A stretch of DNA of 63,168 nucleotides from Sphyrna mokarran (lineage: Eukaryota). Shown here piece by piece: positions 1-12,089 of this stretch. Positions within the stretch are counted from its first letter, which is position 1. Every line of letters starts with the position of its first letter. The position numbers and the translations under genes are program-made. The notes beneath the pieces are model-generated. The model was given only the letters and a program-made list of their open reading frames with translations. It had not been told where the DNA came from and ran no database searches. The DNA is taken from NCBI GenBank assembly GCA_024679065.1, contig JAGIQG010000173.1, positions 1-63,168 of the forward strand, read 5' to 3'.

Positions 1-950
1 CAACAACAAGTGCGAGTTGCAAATAAGAAATTTATAAATAAATATGGATAGGTTCGGTGAGTGAGCCAAAATTTAGCAGATGGAGTTTAATGTGGATAAA
101 TGCGAGGTTATTTATCCATTTTGGTTGAGGGAATAAAAAAGCACTTATTATCCAAATGGAGTGAGGCAACATAATGCTTCAGTGCAGAGGGATCTGGGAG
201 TCCTTGTGCATGAATCACAGGTAGTGGAGCGGATGTTTCCTCTTGTTGGAATTCTAAAATGAGAGGCCGTATTTTAGGTGAAGGGGTGGCAGATTTAAAA
301 CAGAAAGGAAGAGGAATGATTTCACTCAAAGATCTGTGGAATTCTCTGCCTCAGAGTGCAGGACGCTGGAACACTAAATAAATTTAAGGAGCAGATAGAT
401 AGGTTTTTAATAAGTAACAGGATGAAGGCTTATGGGGAATGAGCAGGAAGGTGGAATTGTGGCCAAGATAAAATCAACCATGATTATATTGAATTGTGAA
501 GCAGGCTTGAGGGGCTGAATGGCCTACGCCTGCTCCTAGTTCTTATGATTATCTCCCCCTGCATATCTTGAATGGAAAGCTGGAATATTGTGTACAGTGC
601 TACACTATAGGAAGGATATGAATGCATTGGAGAGAGTGCAGAAGAGGTTCACAAGAATGGTTCCAAGGATGAGGACAGATTGGAGGGGTTGGGACTGTTC
701 TCCTTGGAGAGAAGAAAACTAAGAGGAGATTTGTTAGAAATGTTCAAAATCATGAGGTAGCTGCATAGAATAGATTGAGAGAAACTGTTCCCCCTCGTTA
801 AAGGATCAAGAACATGAAGGCACAGATTTAAGGCAATTTGCAAAAGAAACAAATGTGATGTGAGAAGAAACTTGTTCACACAACAAGTGATTTGGTTTGG
901 AATGCACTGCCTGAAAATGTGGTGGAGGCAGGTTCAATCGAGGCATTCAA
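1..950 (+). mobile_element. Degenerate CR1-type LINE 3' fragments (ORF2 C-terminus and tail)
   Basis: Decayed matches to CR1 ORF2 C-terminal DNA motifs (atggagtttaatgtggataaatgcgaggtt; gagagagtgcagaagaggttcacaagaatg; ggcttgaggggctgaatggcct tail); no open frame. Confidence 0.7.
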
Positions 951-975
951 GAGATCAGAAACAATGTGTAGGATG

Positions 976-1170
976 TCATGGTGGCAAGGTGGTTAGCACT
1001 GCTGCCTCACGGTACCGGGGAACTGGGTTTGACTCCAGCCTGAGGTGACTGCCTGTGTGTAATTGGCATGTTCTCCCCGTGTCTGCATGGGTTTCCTTCA
1101 GGTGATCAGCTTTCCCCCCACATTCCAAAGACATGCAGGTTACATGGATAGACCTTGCTAAACTGCCCCT
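976..1170 (+). mobile_element. tRNA-derived V-SINE (HE1-like), 3' interrupted
   Basis: A/B-box-like head ggtggcaaggtggttagcactgctgcctcac...gggtttgactcc and central domain atgttctccccgtgtctgcatgggtttcc shared with many copies in the window. Confidence 0.75.
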
Positions 1171-1320
1171 TAGAACATAGAACATAGAACATTACAGCAC
1201 AGAACAGGCCCTTCGGCCTTCGATGTTGCACCGACCAATATAAAAAGCAATGCCCCTCCAAACTAAACCATCCCCTTCTCTTCCATATACTTATCAACTA
1301 ACCTCTTAAACGCCACCAAA
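1171..1320 (-). mobile_element. Young CR1 LINE 3' end with (tagaaca)n tail
   Basis: Nearly identical to 54157-54300; tandem tagaaca tail plus acaggcccttcggcc. Confidence 0.7.
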
Positions 1321-3139
1321 ACGTGGCGAAGTCTACACAAAGGACTCGGGTGCTGGGTTTACTGTTCCCTCTCCTTTTACCCAACACCTTCCCCCGCGTG
1401 GGCAAAGCACTCTCCTCTCCTCTCCCTCCGATGAGCTCGCCCGGTACGATGGGCAATAACTAAAAGCCCCCCATTGTCCCCCACAGGTACAGTAGTGTTC
1501 CCTTCCTAAATCACTATGCTTAGTTTTTATTCCTTACCCCCCCCCCCCCCCCAGAGTTTGCACAGGTGCGGTGGAAGCGCCCCCCCGCCTGATTCTAATA
1601 AGCACCACTAAACGTAGCAGACTGTGTAGTTCCACTAGCAGGTATATTTGTGGTTTTTAACTGTAATCGAAGTGGGAGCTACATCTGAGGAATGTTGCAT
1701 ATTGAAACTGAAATTGTGCTAAGGTAGAAATTAAAATTGTTTCCTTTCATTTTTAAATACTATTCAACAGTTATTATTTAAGCTGCTTCATTTTTTTGGA
1801 ATTATATTTTTCGAGAATTCATTTGGGTGATGAAAATTTCTGCTCATCGATTTCAATGACAATGTTATAATTCATAATTTTACACATGACAGAATCTCTG
1901 TGAACATATAATCAGTACAGGAGCTCAGTGTGATTTCACAGCACCAGATTACACTCTGAAATGTGCAGTGCAAATGCTGGAATGTGCTGATCAGACATTA
2001 CATTGAATTATAGAGAATATCCAGTCTGGAAGGAGACTGTTCGGTTTAACTAGTCTGTGCTGATGTCTATATTTCACACAAGACAACTCCCATTCCATCT
2101 CCCTCATTTCAGCCTTTCAGCTCATCTCTCTCATCTCCTTTCTCTCATGTACTCATCATGTTTTCTTTTTAAATTGTAAGAATGAGTTGTCCAGCTAATT
2201 CCTGGGGCACTGAATTTCACATTGTAATCAATCTTTGAGTATAGATGGTGAGTGGCTTGGAGGGGAACTTGCAGGTGATGATGTTCCCATGTATTTGCTG
2301 CCTTTCTCCAAGGTGCTAGAGGTTGCGCATTGGCAGGATGCTGTAAAAGAAGCCTTGGTGAGTGCTTGCAGTGTATCTTGTAGGTGGTATACACAGCTGC
2401 CATGTGAGTCAGTGTTGGAGGGAGTAGATGCTTGTAGAAGGATTGCCAATCAAGCTACTTTGTCTTGGATGGTGTTGAGATTCCTGAGTTGTTGGAGCTG
2501 CACTAGTTCAGAAAATTGGAGCTTATTCAATTGGACACAAGAGTTGTGCCTTGTAGATGCTGGACTTTGGGGAGAAGGGTTAAACAGATCTTTTAAGGAA
2601 AAATTTACCTGATCCAGACACCACGAGGAGATGGAAATGGGAAGTGTTATGATTCTCAGTTGAAACCTTACCCAACTGAAAAGGTGAACATTGAAGACTC
2701 GAGGGACAGATGTCTGTTAGTTGTTTTCAGCAGTGGAAGTGGGAATCAGGGATTGTGCTGGAGGAACAGAAATGATGGTGAAATGAGTCAGCAAATAGGG
2801 AATGGTTATTTAATCACCAGCTCAGGTTACTGAAGCCTGAATATTGGGGGAGAGGAAAGGTGAGAGTATTGCAGAGTTTAAAGTGGAACAGGAGAGCTTT
2901 AAGCTGGTGGAGTCAGTGAAATCTGACCCCGATGTTTATATTTCACACCCCCCGCCCCTCCCACAAACACACCCACAGAGGGACAACTCAAACACAATCA
3001 TTAAATAAAGTGAAAGCAGACAACACATTCACATATAAATGTGCTTGCACACAGGTGCACATGAACTGAAATGTGTGTGCACCCACGCACTTATAGATGT
3101 AAGCGTGCATCTATAACATTGTAGAATCCTATATTGGAA

Positions 3140-3750
3140 AAAAGACCATTCAGATCTTTGAGTCTGCACTGACTCTCTGAGCATCTTATCCAGGCTCTCT
3201 CCCCCACCCTATCCTCACAACCCAATATATTTACCCCACTGATTGCCCTAATCTACATGTTTTGTGACACTAAGTGGCAATTTAGCATGGCTAATCCACC
3301 TAACCAGCACATATTGGGAGTTTGGGTGCTCCAGTCGCCTCCCAGAGGAAACTCACATAGGCACGAGGAGAAGGTGCAAACTCCACATAGACACAGGGGA
3401 GACTGGTGGTTAGCACTGTTGCCTCACAGCAGCAGGGACTGGGTTCAAATCTGGCTTCAGGTGCCTGTTTGCACATTCTCCCCATGTCTGTGTGGGTTTC
3501 CTCTGGTGCTTTGGTTTCCTTCCAGAGTTTGAAGATGTGCGGATTAGATGGATTGACCAGAATCAATTGCCTTAGATTAGCACGGTAAATACATGGGGTT
3601 ACGGGATAGGATATGGGTAGGATTGTTGTTGGTGTAGGCTAGATGGGCTGAATGGCCTCTCTGCTCTGTAGGGATTCTATGATTTATCCGAGGCTGGAAT
3701 CGAACCCGGGTCCCTGGCACTGCGAGGCAGCAGTGCACACACCACACTGT
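3140..3750. mobile_element. Cluster of nested V-SINE copies in both orientations
   Basis: Minus-strand copy about 3140-3390 and 3685-3750 flanking a plus-strand copy about 3400-3680 (tggttagcactgttgcctcacagc...ttctccccatgtctgtgtgggtttcc). Confidence 0.7.
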
Positions 3751-3944
3751 CAATCAGCTGCTCCAGCCGTCAGTGCTGAGGAAGTGAAACGAATCCCCAC
3801 CCTCCTCCCCCCTCACTCACTGCTCTGTCAGCTGGATACTAAAATCCACAGGATTTTAAAACAGGACATTCACATATTCTGATCACTTCATGGACACTTT
3901 TAACACTGCTCTCAGCTGTCTTCATTATTGTAGAATCTTAAACC

Positions 3945-4040
3945 AAAACAAAAAATGCTGGAAAGTCTCAGCAGGTCTGGCAGCACCTGGGAGGAGAGAA
4001 AAGGACTGATGTTTCGAGTCCAAATGATCCTTTGTCAAAT
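3945..4040 (-). mobile_element. Penelope-like element terminal remnant with degenerate hammerhead motif
   Basis: aaaatgctggaaagtctcagcaggtctggcagca...gtttcgagtccaaatgatcctttgtcaaa; same family as 47490-47578. Confidence 0.55.
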
Positions 4041-4204
4041 CTGGCAAGGTAGCCGTCTTCATCCTCATTCATCCTCTCTCCCCATCTGTTAAACATGCAC
4101 TCACTTCACTTTCTGGTGAACACACACTGACTCTCGGCTTCAAGTACCAATTTGTACCAATTCACACTCTCTAACACCTTTAACATTCATTGTTCCCAAT
4201 AAGT

Positions 4205-4455
4205 TTCACTCCCTGAACATCACCCCAGGGATCATCTCCCCCTGCTCCACTCCATCCCCTTTGAATGTCACCCCAGGGATCCTCTTTCCCTGCTCCATTC
4301 CCTCTGACTCCATCCTCCTGAACTCACTGAGCATCATCCCAGGGATCCTCTCTCCTTGCTCCATTCCCTCTGACTCCATCCCCCTGAGCATCATCCCAGG
4401 GATCCTCTCTCCCTGCTCCATTCCCTCTGATAGCTTTCCCCTGAACTCACTGAAC
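4205..4455. repeat. Minisatellite, about 57-66 bp unit, about 4 copies
   Basis: Repeated catcatcccagggatcctctctccctgctccattccctctgactccatcccc(ctgaactcactga). Confidence 0.85.
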
Positions 4456-5319
4456 AGAAGGAGTAATCCCAGAATAACTGTTGGGATTGGAGTCAGGGGA
4501 TGTTTCAGGATTGTGGATTTTTAGTTATCCTTGTGTCAGAACACACACATATCAATAAAACAGGGCATTCTTGCAACCACACTGCAGCTCCTCATGTCTG
4601 TTGTTTAATTGCCCCAGGCTCCTGTGAATTCCTTCAACTACTATATAATGTAGACTTGAATTAATTTATTTTAAAATGGTTTATTTTAAACATATTAACA
4701 TCAGTCTGAAAATTGTAGACTCAGGACTGTCACACAAATGCTCTCAATCTGATGGTGTGGTGGTATTGTCACTGGATTAGTAACCCAGAGTCCGAGGGTA
4801 ATGCTCTGGGGAGCCAGCTTCCAATCACACCACAGCAAACGGTGAAATCTGAATTCAATAAAAATCTATCATTAAAACTCTAGTAATGACCATGAAACCA
4901 TTGCTGTTAAAACACATTTGTTTCACCGATGTTCACTTGTGCCCTTTAGAGAAGGAATTCACATGACTCCAGAATAAGACCAGAGGATGCTGGAAAATCT
5001 CAGCAGTTTTGGTAGTATCTGTAAGTCTTTCATTGTGACTCCAGGTCCACATGGTATGGTTGACTCTGGAATGGCCCAGCAAACAAGCCACTCAGTTCAA
5101 GGGCAGTTAGGGAAAGGCCACAAACAATGAATTAAAAATAATCTTCACAAAATGTTGACCAGTTATTTTTCAGTCTGCAAAGTTAAGCCTTCTGTTTCAC
5201 TCTCAGTCAGGAACAGATCCCAGATTTAAACCAATCTTTGGTTTAACAGCACATTGCCAGCATTCACCACTGTTCTTCCCAACTCTAAACACAGTTATAA
5301 AGGAGTCTTTTGTTCAACC

Positions 5320-5600
5320 CTACAGTGCAGAAGGAGACCATTCATTCCATTGAATCTGCACTCACTACAATCCCACCCAGGCCCTATCCCTGTAATGCCA
5401 TGAATTTATCTTAGCTAGTGCCCCAACACTAAGGGGCAATTTAGCATGGCCAATTCACCCAACCCTCACATCTTTGAACTGTGGGAGGAAACCGGAGCAC
5501 CCGGTGGAAATCCACACGGACACAGGGAGAATGTGCAAACTCCACACAGGCAGTGACCCAAGCTGGGAATTGAAACTGGGTCCCTGGCACTGTGAGGCAG
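5320..5600 (-). mobile_element. V-SINE
   Basis: Reverse complement of SINE consensus (gtgggaggaaaccggagcacccgg...ggtccctggcactgtgaggcagc). Confidence 0.75.
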
Positions 5601-5769
5601 CCCGTACTGAGGAGCTCTGAACCATGGAAGAGAGTGGTTGGGATACAGTTCTTGGCACCTCAAGAACATCCCATATAATTTACCGTGAATGTGATAAACA
5701 GCAGCAAGAACTGCAGAATGCAGCTCCTGAAGACGCATGAACTCACTGAGGTGTCAGTCGATGAGGTAG

Positions 5770-5950
5770 GGCAGCACAGTGGCGGTACAGTAGTTAGTAT
5801 TGCTGCTTCACAGTGCCAGTGACCCGGGTTCAATTCCAGCCTCGGGGACTGTCTTTGTAGAAATTGTCGATTCTCCTGTGTCTGCATGGGTTTCTTTTGG
5901 GTGCTCCTGTTTCCCACAAAAATCAGTAGGTCAGGTGGATTGTCCATGGG
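5770..5950 (+). mobile_element. V-SINE, 3' truncated
   Basis: gcacagtggcggtacagtagttagtattgctgcttcacag...ccgggttcaattcc head plus central domain. Confidence 0.7.
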
Positions 5951-6288
5951 AAAGACAGTTTGGCCTGGTGGGCTAGTGGGAGGAAGGGAAGCAGCAGAAA
6001 CAGCTGATCAGATTGTCTCAAACTGAATGACAAAGAAGCTCCATGAACTCCTCACATGTTGTTGGAGGTGATGATGGAGGAGACAAGGGCAAGGGAGAGA
6101 CCTTCAATAGGAATTGACCCACGTTCGAGACATTAAAAGATTCAACACACTGTGTTAAACACAAATCTGATTGATTTAACATTTATCTAGAATATTAACT
6201 CAGATGGAGTTTATGAACATCAGCAGAAACAGAACCCGATCAACGTGCTTCATTTCTGGATGTAAATAAAGGCAAAACCCCATTTTAG

Positions 6289-7631
6289 TCATTTGTGAAC
6301 TCGCTGGTGGGTCAGCAGGTTGGATGAAGAAACAAATGCCTTTCCACACACAGAGCAGGTGAACGGCCTCTCCCCAGTGTGAGTGCGCCGGTGCACAGTG
6401 AGATGAGATAATTCTTTGAACTTAGTCCCACAGTCAGAGCACTTGAATGGTCTCTCCCCAGTGTGAACACGTTGATGAGACACCAGGTTGCTGGAACTTT
6501 TAAAACGTTTCCTACAGTCTGGGCATTTAAAAGGTCTCTCCCCAGTGTGAGCACGTTGATGACGTACCAGTTCCCCTGAACGTTTATAGCATTTCCCACA
6601 GTCTGGGCATTTAAACGGTTTCTCCTCAGTGTGAGTGCGCTGGTGTGAAGCGAGGGCAGATGATGTCTTGAACCCTGTCCCACACTGAGAGCACGTGAAC
6701 GGTCTCTCATCAGTGTGAACGCGTTGATGGCGCATCAGTTCCCCAGAACTTTTATAGCTCTTCTCACATTCTGAGCATTTAAATGGTCTCTCAGTAGTGT
6801 GAACTTGCTGGTGTTTCAGCAGGGTCGCTAATTGAGTGAATCCTCTTCCGCACTTGGAGCAGATGCAAGGTTTCTCCTGAGTGTGAATTCGTTGGTGTCT
6901 CTGCAGGGTACATGAATGAGCAAATCCCTTCCCACATTGAGAGCAAGTAAATGGCCTCTCCCCAGTGTGAGTACGCTGGTGTTCAGACAGGTTACTCAAC
7001 TGCCTGAATGCAGTGCCACACTGAGAGCATTTGAAAGGTCTCTCATCAGTGTGAGTGCGTTGGTGTCTAGATAGGGCAAAGGATGTCTTGAACCCACTCC
7101 CGCAGTCAGAGCACCTGAAGGGTCTCGCATTAGTGTGAACACGTTGATGGGACAAAAGTTCCCCAGAACTTTTATAGCACTTCCCACAGTCTGAGCATTT
7201 AAAAGGTCTCTCTTCAGTGTGAACTCGCTGGTGCATCAACAAGTTCGACGACCTTGTGAATCTCTTCCCACACTCGGAGCAGATGAATGGCTTCTCCCCG
7301 GTGTGAACTCGTTGTTGTTTCACTGCACGCTCAGAGGAGGCCGATGGCCTCTCCCCACTGTGAACTCGTTGGTGTCTCAGCAAGTTGGTTGACTGAGTGA
7401 AGCCCTTCAGTGAGAGCAGGTGAATGGCTTCTCCCCAGTGTGACAGCGACAATGCTTTTCAAGGTGAGATGGGGATGTGAATCCCTTCCCACAAAGCTTA
7501 CATTTCCACGGTTTCTTCCTGGTGTGACTGCACTTGTGTTTCGACAGGTCAGATGATTGGTTGAAGCCTCGTCCACACACAGAACACACGTACGGTTTCT
7601 CCTCACTGTGAATGGTGCTTTTTTCTTCCAT
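6289..7631 (-). pseudogene. ZNF-1: C2H2 zinc-finger gene with frameshift after the second finger; 12 intact fingers downstream
   Basis: ATG at 7631 (MEEKST...) gives two fingers, then ends at FTCSH* where the usual tgtgggaag is shortened to tgaag (about 7405). The finger frame continues in ORF 6289-7452 with one internally deleted finger ([18 protein letters not shown]) and 12 CxxC..H..H fingers with TGERP-type linkers. Acceptor near 7733. Confidence 0.8.
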
Positions 7632-7967
7632 GTTCAAAATCCGATGATATTCACGTTGTGATAAGTTGTGCAACTGTCAAATCCAGATATGACGTATGGC
7701 TGTGAATTTCTTAACTGCAAGTCCTTTAAAACCTGTGAAATTGATTTAAAACGGAAAGAAGGGAGTGAGAGATAACCCACAAAAACACAAAGGCAGATTA
7801 TGAAATTGAACTGAATGAATTTGGTAATTTATGGGGACGGCACGAAGGAAAAATTCACATGAAAGCAGCTGGGTTTTTGTAAAAACCCAACCTGGTACAT
7901 TAGTTACCTTCAGAGAAAGGAATCTGCCACTCAGTCTGGGTCTGCACAAAACACTAACTTCTAAATG

Positions 7968-8265
7968 AGGGGGCGGCACAGTGGTTGGCATTGCTGCCTC
8001 ACATCACCAGGGACATGGGTTCGATTCCTGGTCACCGTCAGCGTGGAGTTTGCACATTCTCTTTCTGTCTGCATGGGTTTCCTCCGGATCATCCTGTTTC
8101 CTCCCGCAGCTCAGGTGAATTGGCCGTGCTAACCTGCCCCTTCCTGTCAGGGGGGACTAGCTAGGGTAAATGCATGGGGTTAAGGGGGATGGGGCCTGGG
8201 TGGGATTGTGCTGGGTGCAGACTCAATGGGCCGAATGGCCTCTTCCCGCGCTGTGGGGATTCTGT
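7968..8265 (+). mobile_element. Full-length V-SINE in ZNF-1 intron
   Basis: gggcggcacagtggttggcattgctgcctcac head, V-domain, tail atgggccgaatggcctcttcc. Confidence 0.8.
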
Positions 8266-8289
8266 GAAAATCCCAACATTTTCTCCTCC

Positions 8290-8700
8290 TGCTGGCAGGG
8301 AGCACCGCACATGCGCACTGCTCCAGACAGGATGGCGGCCCTTTAGCCACGCTTGTCTCTGCAGAAGCGGAATGGCTCTGGACAAACCCGGGACTGGCCC
8401 AGGAACTTCCTGTTAGGGGTCTGAAGTTCACGCAGTGTTCATAAAACCTTACCGCCCTCTCTTTGCGCCCATCTCTCCCTCAGAGCCGCCGCTTCTTTAC
8501 CCGCCACAGAGACAAGAAACAACAACCTCGTGTCCCGCGCTCTCCCTCTGCGCATGCTCAGCCCACCGGCCCTACTGCGCCTGCGCTTTAGTGATTGCCT
8601 GGATAGGCGGTATTCCTCGGCGCTTTGGACGCTGGGTAAACGCCCCGCCATTGAATGGAAAAATGGTTTGTATTTTGTTGATATCGCGTGCAAGCTGGAG
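8290..8700 (-). promoter_or_regulatory. CpG-island promoter / non-coding first exon of ZNF-1
   Basis: CpG-rich; NRF1-like cgcacatgcgca and tgcgcatgctc, YY1-like gatggcggc, ETS-like acttcctg. Confidence 0.6.
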
Positions 8701-9174
8701 CTGATGGGCCAATAATATCATATAGAGACCTGATTGCACAGACCATTCAGAGAAGGAAATTGGAATTGTTCAGAAATCGAAAGCCACCAAAAGATAGAAA
8801 TAAGAGCAGAAACCCTCTCCTACAGTCACGTGTGAATTCACTGGTATCTCAGTAGCACATGAATATCAGGAATAATGCAATTAATTATGAAGATGTACAA
8901 TGTGAACGGTGCCTGTTAGATAAAGTGCAATGTTCTAACACATTGGAGCAGCTACGATCAATGTTAGGGGAATATTGGATGATAGTGTCACAACAACATT
9001 ATGCTCTGTCTCCTTGTAACCTGTCTCAGAATTTCCTTCAACAACTAGGCCATTAATGTGACCAGAATTAGCATGTATGATCTGCCATAATTACAAGAGG
9101 AAAGTTAGTGACCGCAATTATCCCAGGATTAAATTATATATTGCATACTATCTTCAAATGGGGCTCATAACACA

Positions 9175-9470
9175 ACTTATTTTATTTATTAGTTTCACAA
9201 TTGGGCTTACATTAACATTGCAATGAAGTTCCTGTGAAAATCCCCTCGTCTCCATACTCTGGCATTTGTTCAGGTACGCTGAGGAAGAATTTAGCATGGC
9301 TAATGCATCCAACCAGCATGTTTTTGCACAGTGGCAGGAAACCAGAACACCAGGAAGGAAAACACACAGACACGGGCAGAACATGCATACTCTGCAAAGA
9401 CAGTGCCCCAAGCCAGGAATCAAACCTGGGTTGCTGGCGCTGAAAGGCAGTAGTGCTAACCACTGTGCTG
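9175..9470 (-). mobile_element. V-SINE subfamily with distinct (aataaataaa) tail
   Basis: Same subfamily as 34905-35170 (+) and 37655-37920 (-): ttcacagtaacttcattgcagtgttaatgtaagc tail. Confidence 0.7.
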
Positions 9471-9814
9471 TTCTTGGAATCTCAATTTCAGAAATTCATT
9501 TTATGGCATTGATTGACTGAAAGTTGTGCATATAGTGAAATCTAAATAATATACAGAAACAAGCAAAACGCAGCTACTTTCTACACATTAACTTTCCACA
9601 CTTCTCTTAATCAGTGGGATATTTTGAGGATTACTTCACGAGCTGTTAAAATGAGCAAACATGGGTATTTACTTAATAATATGTGGGTATCGCTGGCAAA
9701 AGCAACACTTCAAAATGGTGGTGAGCCATCTTTTTGATCAGTTGCAGTCCATATGGTATCAGTGCACCATCGACTTCTCTTTGAGAGGTAATCCACAGTG
9801 CTAACCACTGTTCG

Positions 9815-10500
9815 GAGGACCAGCCGCTCACGAGCGGTGCTCCAGCCACACCCCCTCTTCCTATTGGTCCGGAGCGGCTGTCAATCACCGCCCGGGCATT
9901 GTGACGTGGAGCATGCGCAGTGCCGCTGGGAGCGCGGGATTGAGGCGGTGGAAATTCTCATCGCATCAGAAACCGGCGGGTGGGGAATGAGGGAGGGACG
10001 GAGCCCGGCGGGTGGGGAATGAGGGAGGGACGGAGCCCGGCGGGTGGGGAATGAGGGAAGGACGGAGCCCGGCGGGTGGGGAATGAGGGAGGGACGGAGC
10101 CCGGCGGGTGGGGAATGAGGGAGGGACGGAGCCCGGCGGGTGGGGAATGACGGAGGGAGGGAGCCCGGCGGGTGAGCTGGAGGCTTCAATAACACGCCGT
10201 ATCGGCGCCGAGCCCCGACTACAAAGCTCGGATGCGGGCTGTGAACTGGGGAATTCAGTTCGGCCTTTTCCCCGAGACAGGCGCAGATTTCCCGCTCCCA
10301 TCTTCATCGGGATACCGTGCGGATCAGCGCATGCGCACTGCACTGAAGATGGCCCCCGCCCCTCATTCAGTCTGATTGGTTGGAGGACCAGCCGCTCCCG
10401 CTAGGTCCTCCAGTCCCGCCGCCTCTTCCTATTGGTCCGGATCTACTGTCAATCACCGCGGGGCATTGTGAGATGAGCAGGGAGGGTTCGAAATCACCCG
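9815..10500 (+). promoter_or_regulatory. CpG-island promoter of ZNF-2 with duplicated cassette
   Basis: Two copies of ggaggaccagccgctc...ctcttcctattggtccgg...ctgtcaatcaccgc...gggcattgtga (about 9815-9905 and 10382-10471); CCAAT boxes, NRF1 gcgcatgcgc, YY1-like aagatggc. Confidence 0.7.
9973..10173. repeat. 32-bp G-rich minisatellite, about 6.3 copies
   Basis: Unit ccggcgggtggggaatgagggagggacggagc starting at 9973, 10005, 10037, 10069, 10101, 10133, 10165. Confidence 0.95.
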
Positions 10501-11150
10501 CTGGAGGCCCCAGCACCCCCCAATAAGACCCATTGGTTTTATTGTCAGTCTGCAGACAGGAGCTGGAGAACTGAACCCAGACAGAGGAGAGGGAGGGAGA
10601 AAACTGGGAGGGGAGGAAAGAAATAGATGGGGTTAGATTTCAGCCCATGGAGCAGGGAGATCGAGTGGGATATGGATTTAAGATTTGAGGGGCAAGAGAG
10701 GGAAAAAAAATGTCCCAGAGAAACTGGAATTGTCTAATTAGAATTTCTATCCCATATTTAGTTAGCATTTTCCTGAATTTCTTTTGCAGTGTGCTATAAG
10801 GGGAGAATTTGCAGACAAAAATCTCAAACCAAAATCACATCAAGATTTAACAGAATCACTTGATTTATCTGGATCTGAATATGATCAGTCTTACACTGTG
10901 GAAGAAAGAGAATATTTGTTCTGTCTGTGGGAAAAGATTTCAAATGTAAGTGTGACTGGAAAAGTACCGACAAACACACACACAAGTGAAAGTGTTCTAG
11001 TGAACTGACTGTGGAAAGAGCTTTAACAAGTTATACAGCCTGAAAAATAATCACATCATTCACAGCAAGGAGAAACCATACAAGTGTTCTGTGTGTGGAT
11101 GAGGCTTCAGCTGATCATCCAACTTGGAGAGAGGCAAGAACACCAACACC

Positions 11151-12089
11151 ATGGAGAAACCGTGGAAATGTGAGAGCTTTGGGAAGGGATTCAATTCTCC
11201 TTCCCAGCTGGAATATCATCAACACAGTCATACTGACCCCAGCATCACACAGAGGCCACTGAAATGTGGAGATTGTGGTAAGATGATCAGATCCCCATCA
11301 GACCTGGAAATTCATCGACGCAGTCACACGGGGGAGAGACCATTCACCTGCTTCAAGTGTGGCAAGGGATTTGCTCAGACATCCACCTTGCTGAGACACC
11401 AGCGAATTCACAATGGGGCGAGGCCATTTACCTGCTCTCATTGTGGGATGGGATTCACACAATTATCTCACCTCACTGTACACCAACAAGTTCACACTGG
11501 GGAAAGACCATTTATCTGCTCTGTGTGTGGGAAGGGATTTACCAGTTTAAGTAACCTCACTTCTCATCAGCTTGTTCACACTGACAAGAAACTTTTCAAA
11601 TGTTCAGACTGTGGTAAGAGCTTCAAAAGCACAAGGAACCTACAGAGACACGAATACATTCACTCTAGTCAGAGCCCATTCTCCTGTTCTGTGTGCGGTA
11701 AGGGATTCACTCGGTCATTCAGTCTGCTGCGACACCAGCGAGTTCATACCGAGGAGAGACTGTTCCCATGCACTAAATGTGGAAAGAGATTCACTCGGTC
11801 ATGCACCTTGCAGAGACATCAACAAATTCACACTGTGCAGAATCCATTCACCTGTTTCATCTGTGGGAAGGGATTCACTCAGTCATCTGTCCTCCTGAAA
11901 CACCAACAGGTTCATACCACAGCAAGGCCTTTCATCTGCTCTGAGTGTGGGATGGGATTCATTCGGTCATGCCAACTGCTAAGACATCAGCGAATTCACA
12001 GTGGAGAGAGGCCATTCATCTGCTGCCAGTGTGGGAAGGGATTTACTCAGTCCTATCACCTACTGAGACACCAGCGAGTTCATGAGTGA
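11151..12089 (+). CDS. ZNF-2: KRAB-less C2H2 zinc-finger protein, 10 intact fingers plus 1 degenerate
   Basis: ATG 11151 MEKPWKC..., continuous finger array to stop at 12089; acceptor cttttgcag at 10789. Confidence 0.85.
   Translation: MEKPWKCESFGKGFNSPSQLEYHQHSHTDPSITQRPLKCGDCGKMIRSPSDLEIHRRSHTGERPFTCFKCGKGFAQTSTLLRHQRIHNGARPFTCSHCGMGFTQLSHLTVHQQVHTGERPFICSVCGKGFTSLSNLTSHQLVHTDKKLFKCSDCGKSFKSTRNLQRHEYIHSSQSPFSCSVCGKGFTRSFSLLRHQRVHTEERLFPCTKCGKRFTRSCTLQRHQQIHTVQNPFTCFICGKGFTQSSVLLKHQQVHTTARPFICSECGMGFIRSCQLLRHQRIHSGERPFICCQCGKGFTQSYHLLRHQRVHE

Noticed and set aside
976-1045. tRNA genes
   Set aside because: All A/B-box heads continue into SINE bodies; no complete cloverleaf was seen.
4205-4455. 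CRISPR-like repeat appearance (also 41365-41890)
   Set aside because: Eukaryotic tandem repeats without unique spacers or cas genes.
7872-7880. Consensus RSS nonamer in the ZNF-1 intron
   Set aside because: No heptamer at either spacing.
9881-10404. Pro/Gly-rich ORFs here and at 20320-21140
   Set aside because: Translations of stop-free minisatellites in CpG islands.
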